Source: Balamuthia mandrillaris (lineage: Eukaryota). Taken from it: a DNA stretch of 64,000 nt. Positions within the stretch are counted from its first letter, which is position 1, and each line of letters begins with the position of its first letter. Below, in pieces: positions 1 through 12,972 of this stretch. Below the pieces are notes generated by a model, which saw only the letters and a program-made list of their open reading frames with translations, ran no database searches and was not told where the DNA came from. Both the position numbers and the translations under genes were made by a program. The stretch is taken from contig JAVKOQ020000070.1 in the NCBI GenBank assembly GCA_031835245.2, positions 62,001-126,000 of the forward strand, given 5' to 3'.

Positions 1-766
1 TTTGTTGTTGCTCAACAACTTTCTTTCAGCCGCGGCAGTTGCTTTGCGCAGATCGTTCAGCCGCCTCTCCTCTTTCAGGCGTTCTCGCTTGAGGGCGGCC
101 ACTTCCTCAAAGTGTTTTTGCATTTGCGACAAAATGTGATGATCCGGCGAGGAGGCAGCAGGTAAGGAAGAGGAGAAACGAGCTTGTTGTTGGAGCGTTG
201 CAACCGCCTTTCCTATCACTTTCAGCCATTGTTTCTTTTCCTCTTTGGAGTTGCAACTTGCGGGGAAAAATAGGTAAGAAGACCCAAAATGAGAAAGAGA
301 CGACAGCATAACAGACAAGAAAAAAACGAACCTGAGACAAAAGGTGCGTCGGGCAGTGTAGATAGCAAAGGCGTTGGGGCGTCGTATCTTTGGGTCTTGG
401 GAAAGGTCCACTGCAGCCACGGCGTTTGTCAGGTTGATCACGCCCAACGCCTTGGATGAGGTTTCGCTGTGGTAGTATCTTACTTGAGATGGTTCCGAAA
501 GCATCACAAAAAATCGTGTCTTCCTGGATGAAGGAAACAAGAAGGTGAGACATCAACTGCGGTACAGCAACTCAAAAAAAATAAGCAGTCGAGGTTATTG
601 CCGTACCATTTCTTATGAAGGCGACCCTTCTTCTTCATCCAGCCTTGCTTCAAGACTGTGTAGAGTCAGCAGGAATTGAGAGTCAAAAAAAAAACAGTCA
701 TCGGATTTTTTTTTGGGGTGGGGTGGGGAGTGGGGGGTGGGGAGGGTTACCTATGGGATCGTCCAT
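1..766 (-). CDS. PH-domain protein (5' part; runs off the window edge), multi-exon
   Basis: Manual splicing of GT-AG introns gives MDDPI|VLKQGWMKKKGRLHKK|WKTRFFVML...VRYYHSE...LGVINL...NAFAIYTARRTFCL|SCNSKEEKKQWLKVI, a textbook PH domain followed by coiled-coil. The ORF track misses it. Confidence 0.85.
715..746 (+). other. G-quadruplex-forming G-tract array in intron 1 of the PH gene (template strand)
   Basis: GGGGTGGGGTGGGGAGTGGGGGGTGGGGAGGG: six G-runs with 1-3 nt loops. Confidence 0.6.
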
Positions 767-1194
767 GGTCAGCTGAACGCCAACAAATCCCCCAGGCAGT
801 GGGCTGTGCTGGGTTTTCTGTTTGATTCCTTCTCCTGTGCCGCTCTATCTACATTTTCGTCCGAAGGGACGTCATCATCGGTTACCTATTTTCGTCAACT
901 TTGTCGACAATTAGTTTTTCCTGATGGGTTTTCGATTAAATTTCGCATAGATGATCTGCAAACATCTGAGGGTTGGATCCCCATTTCAGGCAGCGGTAAG
1001 GACAGTTGTAGTGCCCCAAAGCGTCCTGATCTTCATGGCCGGTTACTCTCCCCGCTCTGTGGACAAGATTTACCCCCTCCCATTTTAATATCTGCGCTAC
1101 AACCAGAAAAGGGCAACAGGAAAGAAAGGCAAGGAGTGTGCAGTGGGAGAGAGCGAGAAGCACACCTCACCACGAGCAAACAAGAGGAGGGAGA

Positions 1195-1528
1195 ATGAGC
1201 TCCGTGCCGAGCAAACGTTTCCTCAAGTTCTTGCAACAGAGCGACCCAAAGAACAAGTGGTATGTGGGTGGGGGGGCCGCCCTGCTGGTGGTCGCTGTGG
1301 TGGCGGGGATGAACGCCCTCTCCACGCGCAGCAAAAAGGGGGAGGCAGAGTCCCTGCTGAAGAACACGGGGCAGGCCAAGACCAAGAAAGCGTCCGTCAA
1401 CAAGGAGTTCTTTCGTACCTTTTCCCGCTTTTGGCCTATCATTGTCCCAGGCGCGCTTTCTCGTGAGTCTTTTATCATGTTCATCATTGCGCTCATCTTG
1501 ATCGTATGCTCTCTTTTCTTGCCTTGCT

Positions 1529-1569
<41 letters not shown>

Positions 1570-4338
1570 ATCTCCCCATTTCAACTCTCTTTCTTCTTCT
1601 CAGTTCCTGCTGCTCTCCCTGTTCTCTCTTCTCTGTGCATTCATTCTCAGAGTAACTGACGTTTCGCACACGCAAACAAATAAAGTCAAGAACGTACTTG
1701 GACTTTTGGATGATAGCAAACAACGCCAACATAATGGGTGCTGTCGTGAAGCGGAATTACAAACAGTTTCTGCGCTATATCCTCGAATTCGGGTTCATGC
1801 AGATCCCTACCTCCTTCGTCAACAACATGCTTCACTTCCTCATTGATAAGCTTGCTCTTTGTTTCCGCGAAAGGTTCACTCTCTTGTTGCTTTTCTTGTT
1901 GTTGTTATTCATCTATTCTTTCTTTCTTCCTTTCTTCTTCTTCTTCTTCTTCTTCTTCTTCTTCTTCTTCTTCTTCTTCTTTTGCATTGTACTTCTTGTT
2001 CTTTTTCAAGTTCTTCTGAATTCTATGTGCTCATTTTATTTCTTGCCTTACTGCCATATTTTAATGAAAACAGGTTAACATATTACATGCATCAGCGATA
2101 TTTGAACAGTTTTACATACTATGGCGTGTCGAATCTCGACAACCGCATTGACAATGCTGATCAGTTGCTCACACAAGACATTGAGAACTTTAGCAAAAGT
2201 GTGTCAACCCTTTACTCCAACATCACAAAACCGCTTATGGACGTCCTTGTCTTTTACAATAAGCTGGTCCAAGGCTTTGGCTGGGGAGGTTGCAATTCTC
2301 TCTCACCCGTTGTTTGATTCCTTATTTTAATGTTCTTTTCCTTCGAGCTCGTTTTTATCCTTTGCTTACGTATTATTTAATGCAGGACCAACTCTTATGT
2401 TGGGTTACTTTGTGTTGGCTGGCGCTGTGATGACTAAGCTTCGTTCACCATTCGCCTGGTTTGCTTCCACCCAGGCCAAACTGGAAGGTTTGTGTTTGTT
2501 TATCAATTCCTTTTATACATATAGCATATTTAACAATTAAATATCAAACAGGAGAGTATCGTTATTGTCATTCAAGGTTGATAACACACGGCGAGGAAAT
2601 CGCGTTTTATGGAGGTGGCCTCCGCGAAAAAGGAATTATCAACACTGCTTTCCAAAGAGTACCTATCTCTGCTCGTTCCTTCATTGTTTTCCTCGCTTCC
2701 TTTGCGTTTGTTAACGAAGCTTCTTTGGTTTTAACTTCATTTCAGATGACACGTATCATCAACAAATACCTAAGATTCAGAACGCTATTGGGAGTGTTAG
2801 ATTCTTGTGCCACCAAATACAGTGCCACTCTGGTTGGCTACTTCATTGTAACTGCTCCTATCTTTGATCCTAAACGTGAAAACCGATAGTACGCCACTCC
2901 TGTTCTTTTCTTCCTATTTCATCTTCTTCGGCCGTTTATTCTCTATTTTTATTAGTTGTTGTATTTTTACTTTCTTTTGTCTCACAATCTTGTACCAAAC
3001 AAACAAAGCCTACCTGAACTGGGAGGGGATCCAAAACTCATCATGGAGGACTACACTCGATACATGAGGTTGTTGATAGTGATGGTGAGGGCAGTGGGCC
3101 GGCTGGTAGCAAGTGGCAGAGAACTTTCTCATTTGGCGGGATATACCTCTCGAGTGGCTTTGTTGGATCAAGTGCTGAGAGACATGAGCAAAGGCACTTA
3201 TGTGCGCACTTTGGTCAAGAAGCAAAGCGTGCATACGGAAGAGGAGGAAAAGGAAGAAGGAGAGGGAGGAGAGGAAAGTCGAATCTCTGTTACAGACAAA
3301 ACGGAGGAGAAGACAATGACAGTCGATCCGCTTACTCAACGTGGCAAACTCATCGAAGTGGATGAACGTACGTTTTTTTCCATTATTTTTGTCTTTTCTT
3401 TTTCCTTCTTCACAACTAATCCCACATTTTCTTTTTGTTTGAAAAAAACATAGCAATTATCAAGTTTGAAGACGTGCCAATTATTACTCCGAATGGAGAC
3501 GTTCTTGTGAAAAATCTCAGCTTTGAAATAAAGGCGGGTATGAACTGTCTTATTGCTGGTCCGAACGGCTGTGGCAAAAGGTTTGTTTCCCTCTTTTTGT
3601 AATCTCTGTCCTCTCTTCTTTAACAAGTTTTTCAACAGCTCATTGTTCCGTATTCTCGGCGACTTGTGGCCGTTGTGCGGAGGAACTTTGACTCGCCCAA
3701 AGGTCGAACACCTGTTTTACATCCCTCAAAGGCCTTATCTTGTCATTGGTACTTTATTCCCCTTCCCTTATTCCTCATCTTTTATCTTTTTTCTCTTTAA
3801 TATTTCTTTTTCTGACCTTTGCCAAAAATAAAACAAAGGGACATTGAGAGATCAGATAATATACCCACACACTAAGGAAGAGATGCACAGAGCGGGACTG
3901 ACGGATGAGGACTTGATGGAGTTGGTGAAGAAAGTAGAGTTGGGATACGTCATAAAGCGAGAGGGCGGATGGGACGCCGTTGCCGACTGGTGGGACGTAC
4001 TCTCTGGTGGAGAAAAGCAGAGAATCGCCATGGCAAGGCTCTTCTACCATCGACCCAAGTTTGCTGTCTTGGATGAATGCACCAGGTTTGTTTTCCTCCT
4101 TTTTTTTTCCCCCCTTTCTTATTGTTGTGTTGTTTCGAACTAACGAAAGGATAAAACAAGTGCTGTGAGTATGGACGTGGAGGCAGGCATGTATGAGTAC
4201 TGCAAGGAGATAGGGTGCACCCTGTTCACCATTTCCCACCGCAAGTCGTTGTGGAAGTTCCACGAGTACGTGTTGGAGTTTGACGGACGCGGTGGCTACC
4301 GCTTCTTCCATTTGGACGACTCCTACGAAGGCTTCTAA
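1195..4338 (+). CDS. Peroxisomal ABC half-transporter, subfamily D (ABCD/PMP70/ALDP-like), about 11 exons
   Basis: [19 protein letters not shown]-like [24 protein letters not shown], Walker [17 protein letters not shown], signature [32 protein letters not shown]-loop TISHR; all junctions GT-AG. Confidence 0.95.
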
Positions 4339-4507
4339 ACAAACACAAACATGCTCATCAACATCAACATCAAGCAAACAACAAACACAGACACCAACAA
4401 CATTTTCTTTCTCCCCTTTTTATCATACCCTTTGCTCGCGTTTTGAACATATTAATACTTTTTTTTAAACAAGAAAATGTTACGAACAACGTTAAGAATA
4501 CACTTTT

Positions 4508-7276
4508 TCACGAAGGAGAAGAAGCTAAACCGCCAGTGAACTTGCTCAAGCGGATGTTCCTGGTGTAAATCTTCTTGTAGAGAAGAAGACCAGCCAGGAC
4601 AACAGCAACTGCGGCCACCACAACCACCACAACCGGCACCACCACCATCAATATGATGTCCACCTCTGCATCGTCTTCATCCTTGTCGTCTCCGTTGCCA
4701 TTTGCCTGACCTTCAAACAACAACCCGAGATCAGGGTCGTATTGAAGCCGTTGTTGGAAGCTTGGGAAGGTGAAAGCAAGGTAGGAAAGATCCTCCGAGA
4801 ACTCTGTGGCTATGCCTCTCTTCTCGCCGTCCACCAAAGCAAAATCCAGGAGACCGATGGTGATCGCAGTTGTGGCCGCTGTCTCCGAGCGAAGCACGTG
4901 TCGGGTCAGACCTGAGTCGGCCAACCGAGAGGCGTCTTCTTCCTTGCTGGTGAATGGGCTTTGAGGGAAGAGTTTGAAGAGGAGTCGAAGGGAGTTGTTG
5001 TCCTGCTGAAAGTCCCAATTCTCCACGAGGATGCTCCACTTGGTGGCGTCTTGCTCCAGCGGGAAGATAACGTCGGCAAAGGAGACTTTGGAGCCTTGGG
5101 GGAGGTTTTCGAAGGACCATTCCAGCCTGGCCCCTTCGGGAAGAACAGCGGAGAAGAAAGACCCATCATCGGAAGTGGAGGAGAAGTTTTCTTTGGGAAG
5201 CAACTTTGAAACCACTTTATCTCCTTCTGCGTTTATCTCCGTTGCCGAGGCAAACTCTGCAAACAGAGACACGCCAGCTCCTTTCTCTCCTCCTTCCTCA
5301 GGTTGCTGTGAAGGTTCATTCGCTTGAAGAACAAAGTTGGGGGTATGGCTGACAAATCGGGTGATGATGGCCAACTCAGTGCCGTTCCTTGTGGAGACAT
5401 GCTCCGTCGGCTCCATCAAAAAGACAGCAAGAGCGATGCCCATCCTGCTGATGGTCCGCACCAAAGGGCTCTCCAGCGTCGAGTCGAATTGACACACCAC
5501 CCTTTTGCTCTGCGTATCCAACGAAGAATGCGATGCTGGCAACGGCATCCATCCCCCTCCTTCCTCCGGCAAGGCCGTTTCCTCGTTGAGAGAGTAATAC
5601 CAAATAACAGGAACGGCTCGTTGGTTCTGTTCGGCAGCCTCCACCACTCTAACACAATCCTCGCTGTTCGTTTGGTTGTAGGGCATCGAAATGGAGAGGG
5701 TGACATTATCTTCCAATGGTGGGACGTAACGTATCTGAAAGAAAGGCGTGCATATCATCGGAAAGAAAGGTTGTGCGAAAGGAGCTGAGGCGTAGATGCC
5801 AACGCTCCATGGATAGAGAGGTTTATCATCCGTTCGTATGGAGCTCGCCTGCAAGCCTTCCAGGTCTATCTCTGGATACTCGAATCCTATGGGTCCTATC
5901 TCGCTTCTCGGAGTCTCGCGAAGAAGGAGAGGAGCTCCTAGTCTCGTGCGAAAGGCTTGGTCATTGTTGTATAACAACTCCCGCGATGTTCCCTCACCCC
6001 AATAGTTCCCGTCCAATGCAAACGTCTCCGGCCCTTCTCCTTCGACTCGAATCTGAGCTGTGGTTCCTGAACCACCTCCTGAGGCCGCTGCTCCGTTGTT
6101 CCCAAACATGTTGTTATGTTTCAGGTCTAGAGAGGCCATCATAGGAGAGAGCACGTGCACCGCATATTGTTGGCATCCCGTCACGTGACTGTTCTTCACG
6201 CTGAAGAAGCTTGTGTCAAATGATTGAATCACCATAGCAGAACCGCCGATATTGCTGAAGATGTTGAACTGAAGGTCGATGCGAGCCACGCCGGCTAAAC
6301 GGATGTCGATCGAGTTTTGAAGAGTGTCGGAGAAGATGCAACGGTCGATTTTGGTGTAGTTGGTAGCTGTTGTGGAGGAGGCTACAAAGTCGCGGGCGTT
6401 GGAGTAGAAAGAGCATTGCCAGAGGTGAAGCCGGGCTTGCTTGGTGGCGCTTGAAGAGGATACGTCTATTGCTATGGAGCCTTCTTGGAATGTGCATGAA
6501 TCCACCAGAATCCAACCTTTTATGCATTGAAGAGAGCATAAGCATAACAGCAGAAGCGGAAGAAGAAGAAGACGAAAGAAAGAAGAAAGCAAAATGAAGC
6601 ACAAGAAGAACAAGAACAAGAACAAGAAGAAGAACAAAGAATTACCATCTACAGCGACGTTGATGAAAGTAACATCGGCACCGTTGAATGCTTTAAAATA
6701 ATTGTTCCATGCTATCACGTCAAAGTTTGCTGTGGCGAGCTTGATGACCGTATGAGCACCAGCATCGCTGCAGTAGTCTTCGAATACAATTCTCTTCAAG
6801 TGAGAAGAAAAATGAAATACAAGAAAGCAACATTAAGAAGAACGAAAGAACAAATGAAGAAAGAAAGGAAGAAAGAAAAAAACAATACATACACGAAGCT
6901 CAAACACTCGCGAAAGAGAGAAAAAGGCAAACGGTGAAAGAGGAGGAGCGGAAGGACAATTTTGGGACAACCGTATGACGCTTCCCGGATCCTCTCCCAA
7001 CAACTTCTCCACGTTCGGGTGGACCGCTATGTTATCCGCCACGGCAGCGCTCATCTCGTAACCGTCCTTCACCCAAACCGTTTGCCAGCTTCCAGCCTCG
7101 AGGGCTTGCTTCAGGGCGAGCGGGCCTTCCTGGCAAGGCGAGCCTATAACAGCGGAACATTCTCCTGTGTTGGCCACCCAGACGTCCGCTGCCGCGGTGA
7201 GAAGAACGCCATGCTGCCACAGCTGCAACCACAAAGCAATGCAGAACAAGCACAGAGTGGAGTTGGTTCTTCCCAT
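4508..7276 (-). CDS. Type I membrane protein: signal peptide, parallel beta-helix (pectin-lyase-like) region, C-terminal beta-sandwich and TM helix
   Basis: MGRTNSTLCLFCIALWLQLW signal; beta-helix-like repeats (CSFYSN, CIFSD, NIFSN, NNMFGNN, GNYWG); KWSILVENWDF...FPSF...YDPDLGLL motif typical of amoebozoan surface proteins (ComC-like); TM IILMVVVPVVVVVVAAVAVVLAGLLLY followed by KK. Confidence 0.7.
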
Positions 7277-7418
7277 GTAACGTTTGCTTTCTTGTTTTTC
7301 TTCTTTTTTCAAATGTCCTATATTAATTAAATAACTAAAAACAAAGCTGCAGCAAAGAGAGGAGAAGAAAAAAATAAGGCGTGGTGGAACACAAAAACTG
7401 ATAAAGAAAGGAGAAACA

Positions 7419-7764
7419 TTAGTTGAGGGCCAGGAGAGAAGCGGCTGAAAGAGGAGGAGGTGCAATCATGTCCACGCTCTGCTCCTCGGCAATGGCAAAA
7501 GGAATGTTCCACGTGATGTTGGCGGCAATGCCGATCCCAAACAGGTTGTAGTACACTTGAGAAGACTTGATGGTCACGCCTTCGATGGACGGCAGCACCA
7601 CTCCCTGCTCCAAATGTTCGTTGAGAGCTTTCACGATGATGCTGGCTGCAAAGCCATAAATACCGCTCAAAATATCTGCATTGAAGTCGCCTATTTCTGA
7701 TTTCTGTAAAAGCAACAAAGAGAGAGGGAAGAGAAGTTAAAAAACGAATAAACAAAACAACAAA

Positions 7765-7810
<46 letters not shown>

Positions 7811-9045
7811 AAGACAAATAAACAAAACGGCAATAAACGTACGACTAAAGAAAGACTGGTATTAGCGAGAACGATATTGCCATGCAAGACATTGTCGTGA
7901 ACTTTAGGGTGGCCTGTCGCGTTGAAATTCAACAACAAAGTAAAAACAGGAATGGAAGTGCCGTCCTTTGGGGAGATGACAAACATGTTCAACAGACCGC
8001 TTCCTTCCACAGTCGCCTTGAGAGAAACACGAAAAGAAAGAGGTGAGAACAGAAGAATAAGAGGAAAGGACAGATAAATAGAAGACGTACTCCAGTGGGT
8101 GGACTAATAGAAACTTTAGGCGGCCCTGGATAAGCTCCCAACTTAGCTTTCATCTCGTAGTTGGGATATTTGTCATACAAAGCAGGCACCAAGTCTGTTC
8201 ACAGCCATAAAAAGAAATCAGACAGATGTTTTACACAAACGAAGCAGAGAGGGAGAGAGGAGTCATACATTTCCAAGAAGATGTGTTGAATTGAACAGGA
8301 GATTCTTTAGGTACGTCTTCAGCATGAATGGTGAGATTCATATAACCTGCTTGTTGGAAGATGTAAGAGCCACTGTTGAAGAAGTATTCGCCGACAAAGA
8401 ACTGAATGTGAGAGTATGGGGTCTTGGTATCATCAACAGGAAGGGCGGTTGGTTGCTTAGGATAGATCTGTCCGGTCTTTACGTTATCAAAACGGCCCAC
8501 CATCGGAAGGGTCATAAAGTTATACCCCAAAAGCTGCGTTCAACATCGGTGTTAGGCAAAGCGAATCAAGAGAAGGTAAACAGAGAACAGAAGAGAGACT
8601 GAGACGGAGACTGAGGAGGCAAAAGTAGACAGGAAACGTACTGCAGGTCCCGTTAAGGAATAGTTGAGCGCAATGTCGGTGTGGCGAATATTATAACTTG
8701 TAGGAATGCTATCGATCACTTTATTAATGGCGGCGATACCTTGGTCATTGATTCCGTTTTCTATTCCATGTTGAATAGCGCTTTTAATGCTTCCTCCAAA
8801 CACATGCTTCAACAGATTAAGCATCCAACTGCAACAAAAAAGATTAGAAGATGAACAGAAAGAAGGAACAGACAGATAAACAGTACTCGAGATGGCTTCC
8901 GGAGAAATGAATGCCAAAGCTTGTAATGTGCGCTGAAGTTTCAGAGGATAAAACATTGGGACGGCCTCCTATTTCTCCCAACTTCATCACAACCGTAATA
9001 TCAGCTGTACGACTGTTAGTCAGGCTCACCACAGAGATTGACAGA

Positions 9046-9085
<40 letters not shown>

Positions 9086-9248
9086 GGAAAGAGAAATGGA
9101 AGCGCTGCCACTGGCACTTGGATGAGGCCAAATATGTTCTCTACCATGCCAATGAGCAGATACGGATGCAGACACTCCTGACCTATGTTTCAGAGTGTTC
9201 AAAAAAAAGTGAGAGGGGAGGAAGAAAGAGCTTAAAGAGAGAAGAGAA

Positions 9249-9294
<46 letters not shown>

Positions 9295-9956
9295 ATGAAG
9301 AGCTACAAGTAGAACACAAAGAAAAGTAAAGGCGTACGTCTGAAAGGTAAGGTAGCCTTGGTGCTCCTTCAGCGACAAATTCAGGTTCTCCATGTTCAAG
9401 TTCTTGACATAAATGCTACTAACGGACCAATCGATGCTGTCTTTAGAGCCATGTGCGTCAGGTACGTTAATTACCACGGAAGGTAGCTTCTTGATCAAAA
9501 ACTTAAGCCCAACGCTGCTCATATAATCCAACCCTGATTGAGAAATGACGCTCATCAATCCTGGTTTGAGAGAATCGTTCTCTTGCTCGTCGTCGCCAAA
9601 AACAAGGTGGGTCAATGAAGAATCAGTAGAGAAGCATGCAATCTGTCTTTGTATATCTTCCTCCGTGACCACGATCGTATTAGCGCCTTGTTCATCGAGG
9701 AGTGGCCAGGGATGCTCTAGAAAAGCGGATTGATAGGTGATGTTGGCGGAGAGGGAGAGATAGCTGTTGGCATAGCTTAGGCTTGAGCCCACAAGATTAA
9801 CGCTTCCTGGTGTGTACGGAATGGCCATCACTCCGTGTTCTAAAAGGCTGTTCAAGAAAGGAACGCCCAAAGTGTTGATGGCCATACTTAACAATGTGTC
9901 CAAAAGACTGAGATCAAATTCTCCTACAGAAGATTTCTTCACATGAAGAAAGTGTA

Positions 9957-10025
<69 letters not shown>

Positions 10026-10265
10026 CCGTACAAAAAGGCCAATTCCAAAGTTAAGTTTGGCGATACTGCCATTAACGAACGTCCCGGTGAAGTTGCTTTG
10101 CAAGGAAGCTTTGCCAACAAGGGACCCATTAATGTACAAACTAAAGGCAGGGAATGCTGTTCCGTTTGTTGGGGAAACAACCCACATGCTCAAAAGCGTC
10201 GTAGCATTCACAATTATCTATAAAAGGGTTGAGTGATATGAAGAAAATCAATGGCAAAGAAAGGG

Positions 10266-10303
<38 letters not shown>

Positions 10304-12435
10304 AACGAGAAGAGAGGGAACACATACGCCAGTGGATGTGATTGTAGTTGTTGGGGCAGAGGGATAGGGACTAAGAGTTGCTTTCATACCCCAATTAGGA
10401 TACATCGAGTATAGCTTTGGAATAACAACTGTATAGTCTCTTGTTAGACAACCAACTCAATATCAATAAAGTGGAGAGAGGGAGAGAATAAGAGGAAAGA
10501 ATAAGAGGGGAGAGAGGGAGAGAGAACATTGCCAAGAGGAAGTATTCAACTGGATGGGAGAAGCCGATGGTATATCTTCTGGGTTGATGGTGTAATTCAA
10601 GTATCCAGCTTGAGTTAGACTGTAAAACGCGCTATTGAGGACGTAGTCGCTGAGAAATGCCTGTGCGTGAGAATATTTAGTTGTGTCACTGTGAGTAGGC
10701 AATGGTCCTGCTCTTCCAGCATAGGGCGCTCCTTGTGTTGCGTAAACTGTTCCGTTTAACGGCAGACTTACGAGTCCCTTTCCCATTACCTTTGTAGAAC
10801 AGTAAGTTACAGAGGAAGGGAAGAAGAAGAACAAGAAGAAGAAGAAGAATAAGAGAGAGATCATTGCTAACCTCTTGCATCACGAGTCCATAATCGAAGA
10901 AAAGGTCGGTATAAGGGATCGGTGCAGCCATGGGCAAGCTTTGCAGAGCAGCGTTAATGCTGGCTTGTCCCTGAGAGCTAAGTCCAGCAGCCATAGCATC
11001 TTCTATAGCATTTTTGATGTCGTGTTTGAAGAAATCTTTAATCTTGTTCAACACCCAACTGCAAAAACGACAGTCAACATATTTGCAAGCAGAACAAGAA
11101 GAAGAACAAGAAGAAGAACAAGAAGAAGAAAGAGCAGAAGAAGAAGAACAAGAAGAACAAGAAGAAGAAAAGCGTTACTCTAAATCACTGCCATGAAAGT
11201 CCATATCAAAGTCATCGATATCAACCTTGGCCTTACGCACGCCAACGATGGGTCGTCCATTCTTCACACTCGGCAGAAACAGCGCCGCCAAATCAACTTT
11301 GTTTTTAGTTTTAAAACGTCTTTTAGCCAAAACGAATAACACGCCAAAAGCCGAAAGTTAAAAAAAAACAAACAAACAACGCACACTTGAGCTTTATCTT
11401 GGCAGAGCCATGGGCGCTGGGATGAGGCCAGATGGACTCTTTGGCAGACCAGTCGCACTTCACCGTGGCTTTCACGTTTTTGCTGGTGGCGGCGTTGGTT
11501 TTTGATGAACAGAAAAAAAGATAAGAAAAATTAGAAAAAAAAAAGAAAAAAAGTTAATATTACCGTGCACAATCAAGTTTTTCCGAATTTCTGGGTTTAT
11601 CCATATTTTCTCACATAGAACAAGTGGGAAAAAAAGTATTTTGGAAAAACTTGAAAGTGCTGGGTAATAATAAATAATAAAAATAGAATAGAAAAAATAT
11701 AAAAATATAATAATAATATAACAAATATAACAAATATAAAAAATATACAAATATACAAATAAAAAAATAAAAAATAAACAAATATAAAAATATAAAAAAA
11801 ATATTAAAAATATTAAAAATTAAAATATTAAAATATTAAAAATATATAAAAAATTTAAAAATTTAAAAAGAAAAGAAAAAGAAAAAGAAAAGAGAGAAAG
11901 GAAGCAAAACGCACAAGCCAAGAAGGATGCCGCTGGCGTCCAGGATGACCCTAACGTTCTCGGCAGGGGGCAGGGCCACCTCCACCTCGATGTGCTTCAC
12001 CTTGTAGTCGATGCTGCTCTGGGAGCCCTTCTGGTCGGGCACGCGCAGGCGGAGGACGGCCGGGTGGAGGCCCTCGCGATAGGCGCCGTAGGCCCGCTCC
12101 GCCACGAACTCTGCCCCTCGTTGGGAGAGGGCCGCGGCGAGGCCGGCAAAAGGGGGAGAAGAAGCGGCGGCCCAGGAGGAGGAGGAGGAGGGAGCGAACG
12201 GAACGCCTGGGCAGATCACCTCAGCGACCGCTGCTGCTTCTTGATGAGCAAGAGAGGAGGAGGGGATGGTGGAAGTGATGGCGATGGGTTTGAGTGCGGC
12301 AGGAGAGGAGGAAGAGGAAGGAGGGATGGAGGAGAGAAAGAGGAGAAGAGAGGAGAGGCCAAGGAGAGAGGAGAGGCCAAGGAGAGCGGTGGATGCTGAA
12401 GAGGAGGAAGAAGAAGAAGAGAGTCTGCTACGCAT
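7419..12435 (-). CDS. Secreted BPI/LBP/CETP (TULIP) family protein with two complete tandem BPI units, about 15 exons
   Basis: Signal peptide; unit 1 starts GLAAALSQRGAEFV and unit 2 GLMSVISQSGLDYM; both contain SDYVLNS/GEYFFNS, AGY-N-TI, NTSSW, P-LY--YPN and N--L--G---P BPI motifs. Confidence 0.85.
11558..11669. repeat. Imperfect inverted repeat/long hairpin (MITE-like or pre-miRNA-like) inside the AT-rich intron 11483-11914
   Basis: TATTACC-GT-GCAC-AA-TCAAGTTTTTCCGAA pairs with TTTGGAAAAACTTGA-AA-GTGC-TG-GGTAATA; inner stem TTTTCTCAC/GTGGGAAAA. Confidence 0.6.
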
Positions 12436-12972
12436 CTTTTGGTCCTTTTTCTTCAAAGTGCACTTTGAAAGCAACCAACTTGTCGAACCAAAACGAAGGG
12501 GTTAGGTCCAACGGAAAAGGTTTTTGTCTCAGAAGACTGAAGAGAGGGTGTGTGTGTGTGTGTTGTGGTCTTCTGAGACAAGTGTAGATGTTTTATGGCG
12601 TTACGCGGCTGGCTCATGCACTCATTTCTTCAAGTTACTTGGCGATAAAGGGGAATTGGAGCGAAGCAACTATTTGAATAGTTGCCCAATGGAAGGCATC
12701 CTATCGGATTGTCGCTCTTTTTTTGGATAAAATATGCGTGATAGTTGTCGATATGCAATAAAAGTTTCCCCATTTAGGAAACGACGCGAATAGATATCCG
12801 ATTATCGATGCCGTGCAACCAATTTTCTTTATCATTGTGGAAAATTGTCGACATTTATCGCCCTCTGAAAAGAAAGAAAAGACAACAAAGAAAGGTGAGG
12901 AGACACGCTCTCCCCCTTCGCCTCTCTTCTCTTCTCTCGTTGCTTCCTCGGGAAGGAGTGGACTGGTCCACC

